DNA of 64,000 bases from Minisyncoccota bacterium (GTDB taxonomy: Bacteria > Patescibacteriota > Minisyncoccia > Phycocordibacterales > GCA-2401445), in NCBI GenBank assembly GCA_040879725.1, contig JBBDJV010000020.1, positions 9,086 to 73,085 of the forward strand, read 5' to 3'. Position 1 is the stretch's first letter. Every line of letters begins with the position of its first letter. The notes below the pieces were generated by a model. That model was not told where the DNA came from and did not search any database. It saw only the letters and a program-made list of their open reading frames with translations. The position numbers were made by a program, and so were the translations under genes. Positions 1 to 9,571 of this stretch are shown here, in pieces.

Positions 1-906
1 TCCGTCGAGAATACTGTTTGCAACATCACTCACTTCAGCACGAGTAGGAATTGGTGAGTTAATCATTGACTCAAGCATTTGTGTTGCTGTGATAACAAAT
101 TTTCCTGCAGTATTGCATCGCCAAATTAAATCTTTTTGAATCAGAGGCACCTTTGCAAACCCAACCTCTACCGCGAGATCTCCGCGTGCCACCATGATGC
201 CGTCAGACTTCTCTATTATTTCATCGAGATGTTGTAACACCTCAAGTGTTTCTATTTTTGCAACTATCTTCGCTGTGCTGTTGTTTTCTTTTAGAATTGC
301 TCGAAGCTCGTCTACATCCTCTGGCTTTCGCACAAATGAAAACGCAATATACTCAACTCCATTTTCAATTCCAAACAATACATCTTTCTTGTCTTTTTCT
401 GTTAGAGAGCGAATGGTCAAATTTGCCTCGGGAATATTTACCCCTCTTCGTCCTTTTGTTTCTCCTCCAACTTCGATAATAGTATGAACTTCGTTCCCTT
501 CAATGTGCGTTACTTTCAGTTTCTTTTTTCCATCATCAAGCAGAATCGCAGTGCCCACGGTTACTTCTTCGGGGAGCTTCGGATAGTTTATGTACGCGCG
601 ATGCTCATTCCCAATACACTCCTGTGTGGTAAGTACAAACATATCTCCTTCTTTAAGAACGACAACCGGCTGGTAGAAATCTCCAATGCGAATCTTCGGT
701 CCGCTTAAATCTTGGAGCATCTTTATTTCCTTTCCAGTGCCTTTTACTTCTTTAATTGCGTCTACAATTTTCTGATGTGTATCTAAATTACCGTGTGAAA
801 AATTCAACCGAGCGATAGTCATTCCTGCGTCGTACATCGCTTCAAGCATTTCTGGAGACTCTGATGCGGGACCGATAGTGGCTACTATATCTAATCTATG
901 TGACAT
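1..906 (-). CDS. pyk: Pyruvate kinase (3' end runs off window)
   Basis: Not in ORF track. Reverse strand from ATG at 906 reads [17 protein letters not shown]...ARLNFSHG...DLSGPKIR...[13 protein letters not shown]...[10 protein letters not shown], the pyruvate kinase motifs. Confidence 0.95.
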   Translation of the reverse strand, partial: MSHRLDIVATIGPASESPEMLEAMYDAGMTIARLNFSHGNLDTHQKIVDAIKEVKGTGKEIKMLQDLSGPKIRIGDFYQPVVVLKEGDMFVLTTQECIGNEHRAYINYPKLPEEVTVGTAILLDDGKKKLKVTHIEGNEVHTIIEVGGETKGRRGVNIPEANLTIRSLTEKDKKDVLFGIENGVEYIAFSFVRKPEDVDELRAILKENNSTAKIVAKIETLEVLQHLDEIIEKSDGIMVARGDLAVEVGFAKVPLIQKDLIWRCNTAGKFVITATQMLESMINSPIPTRAEVSDVANSILDG

Positions 907-955
907 AAATATTCTTAAACGTAAATAATTGAGCCAATTCTAACACAAAAGACTT

Positions 956-1702
956 TTAACGCACAGTGTAGGAACCGAGTGTGCTACGAGTAATTCTAAA
1001 AGCTATCGCCCCAACACCAAGCGCATCTCCAATATCACGAGCGAAGCCACGTACATACGTTCCACTCCCACACGTGACACAAACGCTTGCTCTGTAAAAA
1101 GTTTTATGTGCAATAACAGAAGAAAGGTTATCCCATGCTAATGAAATTTCATTTTGTCTAAAATCTCCACTAACAATCGAACATGCATGCTTCCCTGCTT
1201 TTATAATTTCATCTCCTCCAATAGTGTCGAGAGCAGTAAGTGTGTGCGAAAATACTGTAATGTCATGTGTTGGTAATTCATCGTAAGACACCGTTCCTTC
1301 TTTTGCATGCATAAAAAGTGGTTTCCCTTTGTACGGTTTTGAAGAAAATGCAGGATATGTTTGGGGGTGTGTTCCGATACTTTTTTCAAGAAATTGAACA
1401 ATATCTTTTTCTGTTACAGATTCAAGCGTGCCAACTGTCGGCATTCCTAAAACATCATGAGTATCTGTACGAATACCAAACACAATTTCATACTCATAGG
1501 TTTTTGGAAGCGCGACATACGTATCCCTCTCTTTATTCGCTTCACCAACGAGGATCAACAAAACACCCTCCGCAAGAGGATCAAGTCTTCCGGCATAGGA
1601 AAGTGGCACTTTTCCGTCTATCTGCTGTTTAGCTCGAAAACGCTCAAGAGCCTCCTTTGGGGTCTCTCCGTACCGCTTCCAAAATGGTTCTACCTTGTTC
1701 AT
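956..1702 (-). CDS. truB: tRNA pseudouridine(55) synthase TruB-like
   Basis: YAGRLDPLAEGVL, PAFSSK..GKPL and CGSGTYVR motifs; ATG 1702 preferred over the GTG at 1729. Confidence 0.85.
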   Translation of the reverse strand: MNKVEPFWKRYGETPKEALERFRAKQQIDGKVPLSYAGRLDPLAEGVLLILVGEANKERDTYVALPKTYEYEIVFGIRTDTHDVLGMPTVGTLESVTEKDIVQFLEKSIGTHPQTYPAFSSKPYKGKPLFMHAKEGTVSYDELPTHDITVFSHTLTALDTIGGDEIIKAGKHACSIVSGDFRQNEISLAWDNLSSVIAHKTFYRASVCVTCGSGTYVRGFARDIGDALGVGAIAFRITRSTLGSYTVR

Positions 1703-1732
1703 AGTTGTTATATTAGATAAAATGAGCACATT

Positions 1733-3010
1733 ATGGAAGAGAACAAAAAACTAAGCACCGAATCTTACAAAGGAGTACGAGACTTCTACCCCAAGGATAT
1801 GGCTGTACAGAAATACATATTTCAGATTATGCGAGAGACAGTTGAGTCATTCGGTTATGTTGAATACGGCGCTTCTATACTCGAACCCGCGGAGCTTTAT
1901 CGCTCTAAAACAAGCGATGAGATTGTAAACGAACAAACATACACTTTCACCGACCGCGGAGACAGAGAGGTCACGCTTCGCCCGGAAATGACACCCACTG
2001 TCGCTCGCATGGTTGCGCAAAAGCGCCGTGAGCTAGGTTTTCCTTTGCGTTGGTATTCTATCCCAAATGTATTTCGCTATGAGCGACCACAGCGAGGACG
2101 CCTTCGAGAGCACTGGCAGTTAAATGTAGATGTATTTGGAATGGATTCACTCGATGCGGATATTGAGCTTCTTACTATATCCCACACCTTGCTGAAAAAC
2201 TTTGGCCTATCACAAAATGATTTTGAAATACGTATAAATGACAGAGCGGCATTCGATACTTTTCTTAAGTCGCAAGGACTAACTGATGAAGAGGTGGCAA
2301 AAGCACGCAAACTTATCGACAAAAAAGATAAAGTAGAAAACTTTGATGCTCTCATGGAGGCAGAGCTCGGTAAAAAAATTAACCTTGAAATGCCTCAAAG
2401 TGAGGCCGTTGCCACAGTGATAAAAGAGCTATCTGATATAGGAATTACGAATGTCGTATTTACCCCGACACTTGTTCGTGGTTTTACGTACTATACCGGG
2501 ATAGTATTTGAGGTATTTGATACACATCCGGAAAACAACCGGTCCCTTTTTGGTGGCGGTAGATTTGATAACCTACTTTCACTCTTTGACAATGAACAAG
2601 TCCCGGCTGTTGGTTTCGGCATGGGAGATGTTACTATTCGAGACGCTCTTGATGCACGTGGAATACTCCAGAATACCGTAACTGGAGGAGTCGCGGATGT
2701 GGGAATTTTAACGCTCGATGATTGCAGTCGCTCATTTGTGCTCTCGCTTGCAAACGAGCTTCGTGCGAAAAACCTATCTGTTGAGACAGACTACACTAGT
2801 AGGAAAATTGGAGACAAAATCGCAAAAGCCGAGAAACGAGGAACGAAAACAATTATCTGTGTAGGAAAAACCGAGGAAGAAACAAACCTCTTTGCCTACT
2901 CATTCCTCTCTCCATCCGAAGGGTATGTAAAGAGTACCGAAAGTATGGACAGAGCGATGTTATTAGAATCAATTTCAAAAAAAGTTAGCGATGAAGAAAA
3001 TAACGTTTGA
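1733..3010 (+). CDS. hisS: Histidine--tRNA ligase
   Basis: KGVRDF, LRPEMT, FRYERPQRGRLRE, LVRGFTYYTG, GGGRFD motifs. Confidence 0.97.
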   Translation: MEENKKLSTESYKGVRDFYPKDMAVQKYIFQIMRETVESFGYVEYGASILEPAELYRSKTSDEIVNEQTYTFTDRGDREVTLRPEMTPTVARMVAQKRRELGFPLRWYSIPNVFRYERPQRGRLREHWQLNVDVFGMDSLDADIELLTISHTLLKNFGLSQNDFEIRINDRAAFDTFLKSQGLTDEEVAKARKLIDKKDKVENFDALMEAELGKKINLEMPQSEAVATVIKELSDIGITNVVFTPTLVRGFTYYTGIVFEVFDTHPENNRSLFGGGRFDNLLSLFDNEQVPAVGFGMGDVTIRDALDARGILQNTVTGGVADVGILTLDDCSRSFVLSLANELRAKNLSVETDYTSRKIGDKIAKAEKRGTKTIICVGKTEEETNLFAYSFLSPSEGYVKSTESMDRAMLLESISKKVSDEENNV

Positions 3011-3575
3011 TATAGAAACCTCCAACATATTCACTGAAGTTGGAAGTAACAACCCTGCAGATCTTGATATCTCAGTTGTGTGTATTCATGATTCTGAAAC
3101 TGACGAATACTCTTCTTACACAATAGAAGAGTTTCCGAAACTTTGGCCGATACTTGAAAAAGCAGACATGCTTATCGGTTTTAACTCAGACCACTTTGAT
3201 ATTCCTGTTCTTGATAAGTACTACCCTGGTGACCTTACCGCAATCAAAAGTCTTGATATTCTTAAAGAGGTTAAGAATTCTCTCGGTCGTAGAATTAAAC
3301 TCGACACCATAGCCGAAGCGACTTTGAAGAAAAAGAAAATAGGTAACGGACTTGAAGCGATTACCTGGTGGAGAAATGGCGAAAAAGAAAAAGTAATAAA
3401 GTATTGTTTGGAAGATGTTAAAATCACCAAACAGGTATACGACTATGCCAGAGAGCATAATTCACTGAAGTACGTAGACTTGGGTATTAAACGAAGTATT
3501 AAGTCTTTTCCTCTTGATACCAGTTCATGGGAGGAGCTTCATGACACAGCAATGACGCACACGCTACCCTTTTAG
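2991..3575 (+). CDS. RNase H-like / DEDD 3'-5' exonuclease domain protein (YprB-like)
   Basis: FDIET, LIGFNSDHFD, YCLEDV acidic motifs; overlaps the hisS end. Confidence 0.8.
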   Translation: MKKITFDIETSNIFTEVGSNNPADLDISVVCIHDSETDEYSSYTIEEFPKLWPILEKADMLIGFNSDHFDIPVLDKYYPGDLTAIKSLDILKEVKNSLGRRIKLDTIAEATLKKKKIGNGLEAITWWRNGEKEKVIKYCLEDVKITKQVYDYAREHNSLKYVDLGIKRSIKSFPLDTSSWEELHDTAMTHTLPF

Positions 3576-3582
3576 CATAAAC

Positions 3583-3616
3583 AAAAAGAGGCGCAGTCCA
3601 GAAGTGGACTGCGCCC
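3583..3616 (-). terminator. Intrinsic terminator hairpin, copy 1 of GGCGCAGTCC/GGACTGCGCC
   Basis: 10-bp GC-rich stem at 3590-3615, followed by a T-run on the minus strand. Confidence 0.7.
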
Positions 3617-3750
3617 GTTCTCTGCTACCAGGGCGCGGAGGAACCATTATTGCGCCAGATACCAAAGAACACTACTAAATAGTAACCTTAACTATTAAAG
3701 ACAACAAACTACAGTGGTGATATAAAAACACCTATTCAAAAACTGGGTAT

Positions 3751-3789
3751 AAAAAAGGCGCAGTCCGGCAAAGACAGAGGACTGCGCCC
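3751..3789 (-). terminator. Intrinsic terminator hairpin, copy 2 (same stem, different loop)
   Basis: Identical 10-bp stem at 3757-3788 followed by T6 on the minus strand. Confidence 0.7.
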
Positions 3790-3887
3790 GATTTTGTGTT
3801 ACTGTTAGAGTGTTGACCAGGGTGATTATCCTTTTCAGGAACTAATCTCCTTTATAAACAAACTACACAAAACCTACCCATAAAATA

Positions 3888-4958
3888 CTATTCCCTATCA
3901 ATTTTGTCAACTTCTATTACCTGCAACTGTGGAGTATCACCGGTAATGCGTGTTATATCCTTATCTATTTTTTTAAACTCCTTTCCTCCGAGATTATACT
4001 GATTTACCACTGTATCGAGCGCATTTCCCATCTTTGAATGATAATCCTCATACGTTTTTAAGTGTTTTGCGAGCTCACCTACTCGTTTTATGATTTCCGT
4101 CGCTCGTTCCTCAATTTGGAGGGCTTTTAGACCCTGTAGGACTGTCTGTAGGTACGCAAGAAATGACGTTGGGGAAACAATAATCACCTTATACTTACCC
4201 GCCGCTCTCTGTATTAAACTTTCAGTTTCTTCTCGCAGAGCGCCCACTTTATTTACGAGCAAGTCATAGTAAATAGCTTCATGCGGAATAAACATAAACG
4301 CAAAGTCCGTTGTTCCTCGTTCGGGTCGAATATACTTTGCCGTTTCGGTGATTCGGTTTTTTAGATCATTAACAAAAAGCTTCTCTAGCCGAACCCGCTC
4401 TCCATCATCTCTTGTTTCTGAAAGACGGTTATAGTTTTCAAGAGAAAACTTTGAATCAATAGGAATAATTTTATCTTTCACAAAGACAACTGCGTCTACA
4501 ATATCTCCTTCAGGGAAGGCATACTGCATTTTATAACTCTCGGGAGGAAGTACGTTTTTTAACAACGTTTCAAGATAGTACTCTCCCAGTATTCCTCTTT
4601 GCTTTGGGTTCTTTAGTAAGTCTTGCAAGTTTTGCAACTCTGAAGCAAAGCCAACCATTTGCTTTCCGGTTTCCTCTACCCGGGTTACTTTTTCTGTCAT
4701 AGATGACAACTCTTTAATGAAAGACTGAACGAGTTTCTGTGATTCACCAAACTGTAACCGCACCTCACTTTGCATTGCCCTGCTACTTTCATTCATTCGA
4801 GTATCCATTTGTCGAGAAAGTTCATTTACCTGATTGAGTAACAGCGTAACGGTCTGATCATCAGTACTTGTATTTTCCTTCTTTTTTATTTCACGCAGAA
4901 TAAGCGCTATTCCTCCTAAAATAACAATTATTCCTATTCCTATGAGTATTTCGGTCAT
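3888..4958 (-). CDS. rmuC: DNA recombination protein RmuC family
   Basis: N-terminal TM plus coiled coil; RGILGE, PIDSKF, KYI...TTDFAFMFIPHE motifs. Confidence 0.92.
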   Translation of the reverse strand: MTEILIGIGIIVILGGIALILREIKKKENTSTDDQTVTLLLNQVNELSRQMDTRMNESSRAMQSEVRLQFGESQKLVQSFIKELSSMTEKVTRVEETGKQMVGFASELQNLQDLLKNPKQRGILGEYYLETLLKNVLPPESYKMQYAFPEGDIVDAVVFVKDKIIPIDSKFSLENYNRLSETRDDGERVRLEKLFVNDLKNRITETAKYIRPERGTTDFAFMFIPHEAIYYDLLVNKVGALREETESLIQRAAGKYKVIIVSPTSFLAYLQTVLQGLKALQIEERATEIIKRVGELAKHLKTYEDYHSKMGNALDTVVNQYNLGGKEFKKIDKDITRITGDTPQLQVIEVDKIDRE

Positions 4959-4972
4959 ACAAGGCTATTGTA

Positions 4973-7627
4973 TCACTCAACATTCTTGCGCCCAAACAAA
5001 AGCGCTTTCATAATCTCAAGAACAGAAACAAAGAGCACCGTTGCTCCACCTATTACCATCCACGAGAATCCTGAAGGAACAGCGAGGTCAAGGAAAGAAC
5101 GAAGTGGTGGAACGTACAAAGTACATGCGAGTAGTACCGCGCTAAAGAGTACCGCCATAATCAAAAAGTGATTTGAGAAAAACCGTATCTTCCAAATTGG
5201 CAGTGACAAACTCTTAAGAGAGAAAACAAAGAAGAATGAGTTGGTAGAAAGCAAAATGAAGATAACTGTGTGTAATTCACTGATTGGTAATGTATTAGCG
5301 AGAAGTAGTAAGTACACTCCTATAAGAATAATTCCTGTTGTACATGCAGTAATGAGTGTTAATGCAATAAGTCGTTTTGAAAGTACTGATTTGCTTTCTT
5401 TATTGCGCGGACTACGCTTCATAATACCTTTTTCTTGTCCTTCAAACGCAAGTGCGACACTGATAAAGCTTCCACCAATAACATTTGTCCAGAGTATCTG
5501 AATTGGCAAAATAGGTAATGGCCCACCGATAATAAGTGCTCCACTTACAACAAACAGTTCACCAAATCCGGTAGTGAGAAGGAAGCTGACTATCTTTCGC
5601 AAATTATCGATAATCTTTCTCCCTTCCGCGATAGCAGACACAATAACTGAAAAACTATTATTTATAAGTACCAAGTCAGAAGCCTCTTTTGCCACTTCCG
5701 TTCCACTTCCAAGCGCAATACCGATATCAGCACTACGCAGTGCCGGAGCGTCATTCACGCCATCTCCGGTCATTGCAACCACCTCCCCTCTATTTTTCAG
5801 TATTCGAGAAATACGCAATTTCTGGTCAGGTAGCACACGCGCAAACACATCAGTATGTTCAATCATTTCACCCAGTTCAGCGTCAGTAAGTCCCACAGTG
5901 TCGTCCCCGGTATGTACAACACCCTCGGTGTCCTTTTTAATTATTCCAACCTCCTCGGCAATACTACGTGCCGTAGCAGGGTTATCACCTGTCACCATCA
6001 ACACTCGAGCTCCCGCACCACGTGCTGTTTCTATACTTTGAGACACATCTCCACGAATCGGATCAGAAAAGACAAACAGCGCCATAAAAATAGTTCCCTC
6101 GAGTAGTTCTGCGTCCTTTGCTGAGCCAAGAGAAAAATCTTTATCCTTAATCACCTTTCTGGCGATTGCGGTCATACGGTGTCCTACTGAGCTTTCCTTG
6201 AGCTGAAAATCAGTAAATATTTTTTTCACCTTCTCACTCATTTTCTTTACCGTTGTTCCGTCAACATACTGTGTTGCAGCTTCGAGCAAATGCTCCGGAG
6301 CTCCACTCAGGTACAGCACGAGCTCACCATCCTCCTCATGGACAGAAGCACCAAACCGTCGCTTTGATTCAAATTGTAAATAGTCTATGCGCTTAGACTT
6401 CTCTCGAAGTCTTTCTTGATTCAACTCCCTCGCAATTCCCGCATTTAAAATTGCACGTTCTATCGGTCTGCCATGTACGACAATATCTCCTTCCGGTGTG
6501 TGGTCTATAAAAGCGTCTGACGCAAGTATTCCCGCTCGCAGAGATGCCATTTCACCCTTTTCGTCTTCTTCTCCTTGTATTTTTTTATAGGTATTTACCC
6601 CACTGAGTGCCATATTTCCTTCCGTTAGCGTTCCTGTTTTATCTGTCATGATTACGGTGGTGCTTCCGAGCGTTTCCGCCGCAAGCAAATTTCTTACCAA
6701 TCCACCTTTTTTCAAAATGTTTTCCATTCCAACCGCAAGAACGACTGTTACCGCAGCAGGAAGCCCTTCAGGGACAAGCGCAACAGAAACAGCGATAATT
6801 ATCAAAAGAAGCTCAACGCCAGGAATACCTCTAAAGTAACCAATGATTGCTACGAGTGCTACAGAAATAGCGATAATTATCAAAAGTAAATTTGCCAAAG
6901 AGTGAATATATTTCTGAAGCGGTGTTGAACGCTGTCGAACACTTGCCAAACTCTCAGCGAGTTTACCGAACTCAGTGTCTGCGCCCGACGCAACCACCAC
7001 ACCCCGTCCGTATCCCTGCATCGCAAACGTTCCCATCCACGCCATGTTCCGTTGTTCAGCAAGCGGAAGCGCTCTCTCACTTCTGTCAGTTTCCTTTGAG
7101 ATGCCGACCCATTCTCCCGTAAGTGATGACTCATTTATTTCAAGGTTGTTTGCATCAAACAATCGAATATCAGCCGGCACATACGTACCGGACTCTAACC
7201 GAACCACGTCTCCTACCACCAAATCAGTCGAGGGAATAATTCTTTTCACTTCATCACGAATCACTGTTGCACTATGTGTTTGTGACTTAGAAAGTGTCGC
7301 GAAGGTGTTGTTCGCTCTTCCTTCTTGAAATGCTCCGATACCAACATTTACTAAAATAGTTATCAGAATAACAAGCGCATCGATATATTCTTTAATAAAA
7401 AAAGTAAGTATTCCGGCAAATATCAAAATGTAGATAATCGGACTTTTTAACTGCCGAAAGATAATTGAAAACAGCGTAACAACCTCCGGTGCGGGAAGTA
7501 CGTTTTTTCCTTGTATTTTGAGTCTGCGCTCTGCTTCTTTTGCTGATAATCCTTTGTGAATATCAACACCAAGATTTTGCGCAATTAACTCAACTTCTGT
7601 TGTATGCCATTCGGAGCGATTCATCAT
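4973..7627 (-). CDS. Cation-transporting P-type ATPase (type II, Ca2+-like)
   Basis: SLTGE, VPEGLP, DKTGTLT, MVTGD, MTGDGVND motifs. Confidence 0.93.
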   Translation of the reverse strand: MMNRSEWHTTEVELIAQNLGVDIHKGLSAKEAERRLKIQGKNVLPAPEVVTLFSIIFRQLKSPIIYILIFAGILTFFIKEYIDALVILITILVNVGIGAFQEGRANNTFATLSKSQTHSATVIRDEVKRIIPSTDLVVGDVVRLESGTYVPADIRLFDANNLEINESSLTGEWVGISKETDRSERALPLAEQRNMAWMGTFAMQGYGRGVVVASGADTEFGKLAESLASVRQRSTPLQKYIHSLANLLLIIIAISVALVAIIGYFRGIPGVELLLIIIAVSVALVPEGLPAAVTVVLAVGMENILKKGGLVRNLLAAETLGSTTVIMTDKTGTLTEGNMALSGVNTYKKIQGEEDEKGEMASLRAGILASDAFIDHTPEGDIVVHGRPIERAILNAGIARELNQERLREKSKRIDYLQFESKRRFGASVHEEDGELVLYLSGAPEHLLEAATQYVDGTTVKKMSEKVKKIFTDFQLKESSVGHRMTAIARKVIKDKDFSLGSAKDAELLEGTIFMALFVFSDPIRGDVSQSIETARGAGARVLMVTGDNPATARSIAEEVGIIKKDTEGVVHTGDDTVGLTDAELGEMIEHTDVFARVLPDQKLRISRILKNRGEVVAMTGDGVNDAPALRSADIGIALGSGTEVAKEASDLVLINNSFSVIVSAIAEGRKIIDNLRKIVSFLLTTGFGELFVVSGALIIGGPLPILPIQILWTNVIGGSFISVALAFEGQEKGIMKRSPRNKESKSVLSKRLIALTLITACTTGIILIGVYLLLLANTLPISELHTVIFILLSTNSFFFVFSLKSLSLPIWKIRFFSNHFLIMAVLFSAVLLACTLYVPPLRSFLDLAVPSGFSWMVIGGATVLFVSVLEIMKALLFGRKNVE

Positions 7628-8301
7628 TCTTTTTTCTCAGCTTCAATTACTTTTTCTTGATACTGGTGTAAGCGAGCAAACCCAAACATCATAAATACAA
7701 TAATTGTTGCAAGGGTTATAGCAAAAAGATTACCGAAGAACAGCTCAAAACTGTTGAAAAACGTATCTGGGGAAATTCCCACGATCGCAATACCTACCGC
7801 GGATAGCGGTACTATCAACGCAACGGTTATTGCAATACTTGGAAGAGAAGCAGACATATTTTGCTTTACCCAAGTAAAAGCGGTTATTGTGCCGGCAAGA
7901 AATGCAACAACATACAGAAGAATATCGGGAGTTGAAGCAACTGAAAGTGAATTTGTTTCAACCGGACCAATAAAATATGCAGTAAAAGCAGAAATAAGTA
8001 CAACCACTCCAATAGATTCAATTATCGTAAATAGCGCACGGATTATTGCGGAAAGACTAAAGGTAACCATACCCATACCAAGAGCCATTATTGGAAATAG
8101 TAACGGAGCGAGAAGCATACCCGCAACAATAACTATGGCATTATCCCGAAGTAAGCCGATTGTAGTGATACATGTTGCGAATACTAGAAAAAGAAAAAAA
8201 TCAAAATCAGGTTTACTCTCTGCAGTGAGAGTTTCAATCGTTCTCCGCTGTCCAAAAACTGATGTACTTACATCCTTAAATAAAAATTCTGTTATTTTCA
8301 T
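7624..8301 (-). CDS. DUF389 family integral membrane protein
   Basis: Multiple TM helices; IVAGMLLAPL and AITVALIVPL motifs; ATG 8301 lies just behind a TGtTATACT box. Confidence 0.8.
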   Translation of the reverse strand: MKITEFLFKDVSTSVFGQRRTIETLTAESKPDFDFFLFLVFATCITTIGLLRDNAIVIVAGMLLAPLLFPIMALGMGMVTFSLSAIIRALFTIIESIGVVVLISAFTAYFIGPVETNSLSVASTPDILLYVVAFLAGTITAFTWVKQNMSASLPSIAITVALIVPLSAVGIAIVGISPDTFFNSFELFFGNLFAITLATIIVFMMFGFARLHQYQEKVIEAEKKE

Positions 8302-8369
8302 TACCGTACAGTATAACATGTACAGCACCACCCCTTCATGCTACTATGTGGTTAATAATACAAACATAT

Positions 8370-8822
8370 ATGACACTTCAAGAACAAATAAAAGCAGACA
8401 TGATTTCTGCAATGAAAGCAAAAAACCCAACCGCAACAACAGCACTTAAGAGTATGTTGTCTGCTTTTACAAACGAACTTGTGAATCTAAAACGAACTCC
8501 ACAGGACAAACTAACAGACGAAGAAGCTATTGTGGTAATAAAGCGTGGTATTAAGCAACGAAAAGATTCTGTTGCGCAGTATGAATCAGCAGGCAGACCG
8601 GAGTTAGCGGAAACAGAGAAGGTTGAAATTGAAGTACTTGAAAAATATCTTCCGGCTTCAATGAGTAAAGATGAAATAAAGAAAGTCGCTGTTGCGAAAA
8701 AAGAGGAACTCGGAGTAACCGATAAAGCGGGTATGGGAAAACTAATCGGCATTGTTATGAAGGAACTGCAAGGAAAAGCTGACGGTGGCGATGTAAAAGA
8801 AGTCGTAGAATCACTGTTCTAG
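8370..8822 (+). CDS. yqeY: GatB/YqeY domain protein
   Basis: LQEQIKADMISAMKAK, KQRKDSV.QY...GR.EL, MGKLIG..MKEL.GKADG. Confidence 0.92.
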   Translation: MTLQEQIKADMISAMKAKNPTATTALKSMLSAFTNELVNLKRTPQDKLTDEEAIVVIKRGIKQRKDSVAQYESAGRPELAETEKVEIEVLEKYLPASMSKDEIKKVAVAKKEELGVTDKAGMGKLIGIVMKELQGKADGGDVKEVVESLF

Positions 8823-8848
8823 AAAATCCGCCTTATAGGCGGTTTTTT
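8823..8848 (+). terminator. Intrinsic terminator after yqeY
   Basis: CCGCCT-tat-AGGCGG followed by T6. Confidence 0.8.
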
Positions 8849-8894
8849 ATTTCTTAGTCTAATTTGGTATAGGTACAGAACGAACAATCTACCC

Positions 8895-8960
8895 AGTACA
8901 AGGGGTCCCCTTGTACTATGCAATTTAAGTGCGCACGCCGGCGTGCGCACTTAAATGGCT
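8895..8960. repeat. Compound palindrome element, copy 1
   Basis: AGTACAAGGGG-T-CCCCTTGTACT (8895-8917), then perfect 34-bp palindrome ATTTAAGTGCGCACGCCGGCGTGCGCACTTAAAT (8923-8956) followed by GGCT. Confidence 0.9.
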
Positions 8961-9031
8961 TAAAATAAGGTTCAAAAAGAACCAATTAACCCCTTGAGAC
9001 ACATTTAGACCTCGAATAAAACACCAATAAA

Positions 9032-9059
9032 TTGACTTTTATACTAAAAATGATATAAT
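9032..9059 (+). promoter_or_regulatory. Sigma70-type promoter with extended -10
   Basis: TTGACT-N16-TATAAT with TG at the extended -10 position. Confidence 0.75.
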
Positions 9060-9066
9060 TATATTA

Positions 9067-9246
9067 GTGAATACCTTACAAAGACGAGTCTCCCTTCGAG
9101 ACAAAGTCCAAAGGGAGTGTTTCCAAATCATGCATTCTGTGGTCGAAGGAAAGATTACAGAAGAACGGGCTGTGGAGCTCATTCGTAAGGCTCAACAGCG
9201 CAAGGAAAAATTTTTCGGAAAAAAAGAAAACCAACCAGTTTTCTGA
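9067..9246 (+). CDS. 59-aa small protein, SHOCT-like helix pair
   Basis: Below ORF-track cutoff. GTG 7 nt after the -10 box; MNTLQRRVSLRDKVQRECFQIMHSVVEGKITEERAVELIRKAQQRKEKFFGKKENQPVF; terminator follows. Confidence 0.6.
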   Translation: MNTLQRRVSLRDKVQRECFQIMHSVVEGKITEERAVELIRKAQQRKEKFFGKKENQPVF

Positions 9247-9265
9247 CAATCCGAAAAACAAAAAC

Positions 9266-9296
9266 AAGAACGACCCAACAGTGGGTCGTTTTCTTT
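9266..9296 (+). terminator. Intrinsic terminator
   Basis: AACGACCCA-acag-TGGGTCGTT followed by TTCTTT. Confidence 0.75.
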
Positions 9297-9338
9297 ACAC
9301 ACAAAACTGTCTCTGTTACACTTTATTTTGGAACCATT

Positions 9339-9530
9339 ATGCTAAGCAACAACATCGTTCTCTCTCATTCGGACCAATCAGTTATACCGATTGGTATTCG
9401 CAGTGTTTACTGTGGTGGTATTGGAAAAGGTACTTCTACCCTTCCATTCAGACCATTCAAACAGGCACAAAGGAAAAACAAAGGGCGGAAGCGTTGGCCA
9501 TGTAAAACCCAACCCCAGAGTCAACACTGA
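9339..9530 (+). CDS. Small basic hypothetical protein (63 aa)
   Basis: Preceded by TTTACA-N17-TACACT (9294-9322) and followed by a hairpin; no recognisable family. Confidence 0.35.
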   Translation: MLSNNIVLSHSDQSVIPIGIRSVYCGGIGKGTSTLPFRPFKQAQRKNKGRKRWPCKTQPQSQH

Positions 9531-9541
9531 GAAACTGAAGC

Positions 9542-9571
9542 AGTCCCGCGAGAAATCGCGGGACTTTTCTT
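9542..9571 (+). terminator. Intrinsic terminator (GAAA loop)
   Basis: AGTCCCGCGA-gaaa-TCGCGGGACT followed by TTTCTT. Confidence 0.75.

Noticed and set aside
7754-8449. 231-aa + strand ORF, and the many other antisense ORFs in the track
   Set aside because: They are shadows of well-supported opposite-strand genes and carry no recognisable motifs
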